This document shows, in pieces, positions 63,529 to 64,000 of a DNA stretch of 64,000 bases. Source of the stretch: Nymphaea colorata (lineage: Eukaryota); NCBI RefSeq assembly GCF_008831285.2, contig NC_045138.2, positions 38,564,001 through 38,628,000 on the forward strand, read 5' to 3'. The notes under the pieces were generated by a model, which did no database searches, was not told the DNA's origin, and saw only the letters and a list, made by a program, of their open reading frames with translations. How positions within the stretch are numbered: position 1 is the first letter of the stretch; each line of letters begins with the position of its first letter. Made by a program: the position numbers and the translations under genes.

Positions 63529-63719
63529 TTATTCTTCAACCACATTCACAAGTTCATACTCAACTAGGGAAAGATTGTTATCTTCTTTAACTATGAATTC
63601 AGCAGGATCAGTGACCTCCACACGGCCCCATTTATCAACGGCCAGCCTCATTGACCCTTTGAACATGTCGATTTTTGCATTCCTCAGTATTACAGTTGCA
63701 TCAGGTTTCATCAGATCCA
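63529..63719 (-). CDS. Last exon of a small nucleic-acid-binding OB-fold protein (At4g28440-like); 5' part lies beyond the window
   Basis: After the acceptor ttctccag the frame reads VDLMKPDATVILRNAKIDMFKGSMRLAVDKWGRVEVTDPAEFIVKEDNNLSLVEYELVNVVEE*, the characteristic C-terminus of this family. Confidence 0.9.
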
Positions 63720-64000
63720 CTGGAGAAGAACAAAAGGTAATAAACCGTGAGGTCGAGGAGGATAATTAACAAAATCAAAAATGAGGAAAATGGATGATTA
63801 AATATTAGTCATCCCTATAATACCCTATCCTTCCCAGAGTAAAACATAATTAACATAGACAACATATTCAATCATGAATGCCATGTAGCATCGTTAGAAT
63901 ATGGCAACATTCAGAAAAGGTATGGTGTTTTAACGTGCCTCCACGCTACATCACCTGAGTGGAGGTGCACAGGTGCGGATCAGGCAATTTTTTTAAAAAA

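Noticed and set aside
681..63719. The nine genes as a functional or biosynthetic cluster
   Set aside because: They belong to unrelated pathways (NAD synthesis, mitoribosome, ubiquitination, chaperonin, cell wall) in mixed orientations, an ordinary plant gene neighbourhood.

Overview
Gene-rich euchromatic segment of a flowering-plant nuclear genome: spliceosomal introns, (AT)n/(AG)n microsatellites and MITE debris. The species cannot be fixed from the sequence alone. Nine intron-containing protein genes can be reconstructed: 5'-truncated L-aspartate oxidase (+), NFD6-like (+), CASP-like 4A (+), mitoribosomal mS23 (+), RING-H2 E3 ligase SIS3 (-), chaperonin CCT3 (-), a phosphoglycerate-mutase-family protein (+), a BURP/polygalacturonase-1-beta-like protein (-) and the last exon of an At4g28440-like OB-fold protein (-). 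The genes are functionally unrelated, and I see no clear novel multi-gene system. The best second-look items are: (1) a 1,025-bp non-autonomous hAT element (8-bp TSD, 17-bp TIRs) in a SIS3 intron that has captured a pectin-methylesterase exon (Pack-hAT); (2) a candidate structured RNA with a C/D-type kink-turn hairpin in CCT3 intron 1; (3) a U12-type intron and three uORFs in SIS3; (4) GC-AG splice donors; (5) a possible spliced non-coding transcript divergent from mS23; (6) a Ty1/copia RNase H fossil; (7) many local tandem duplications. Protein identities come from recalled family motifs, not from database searches.
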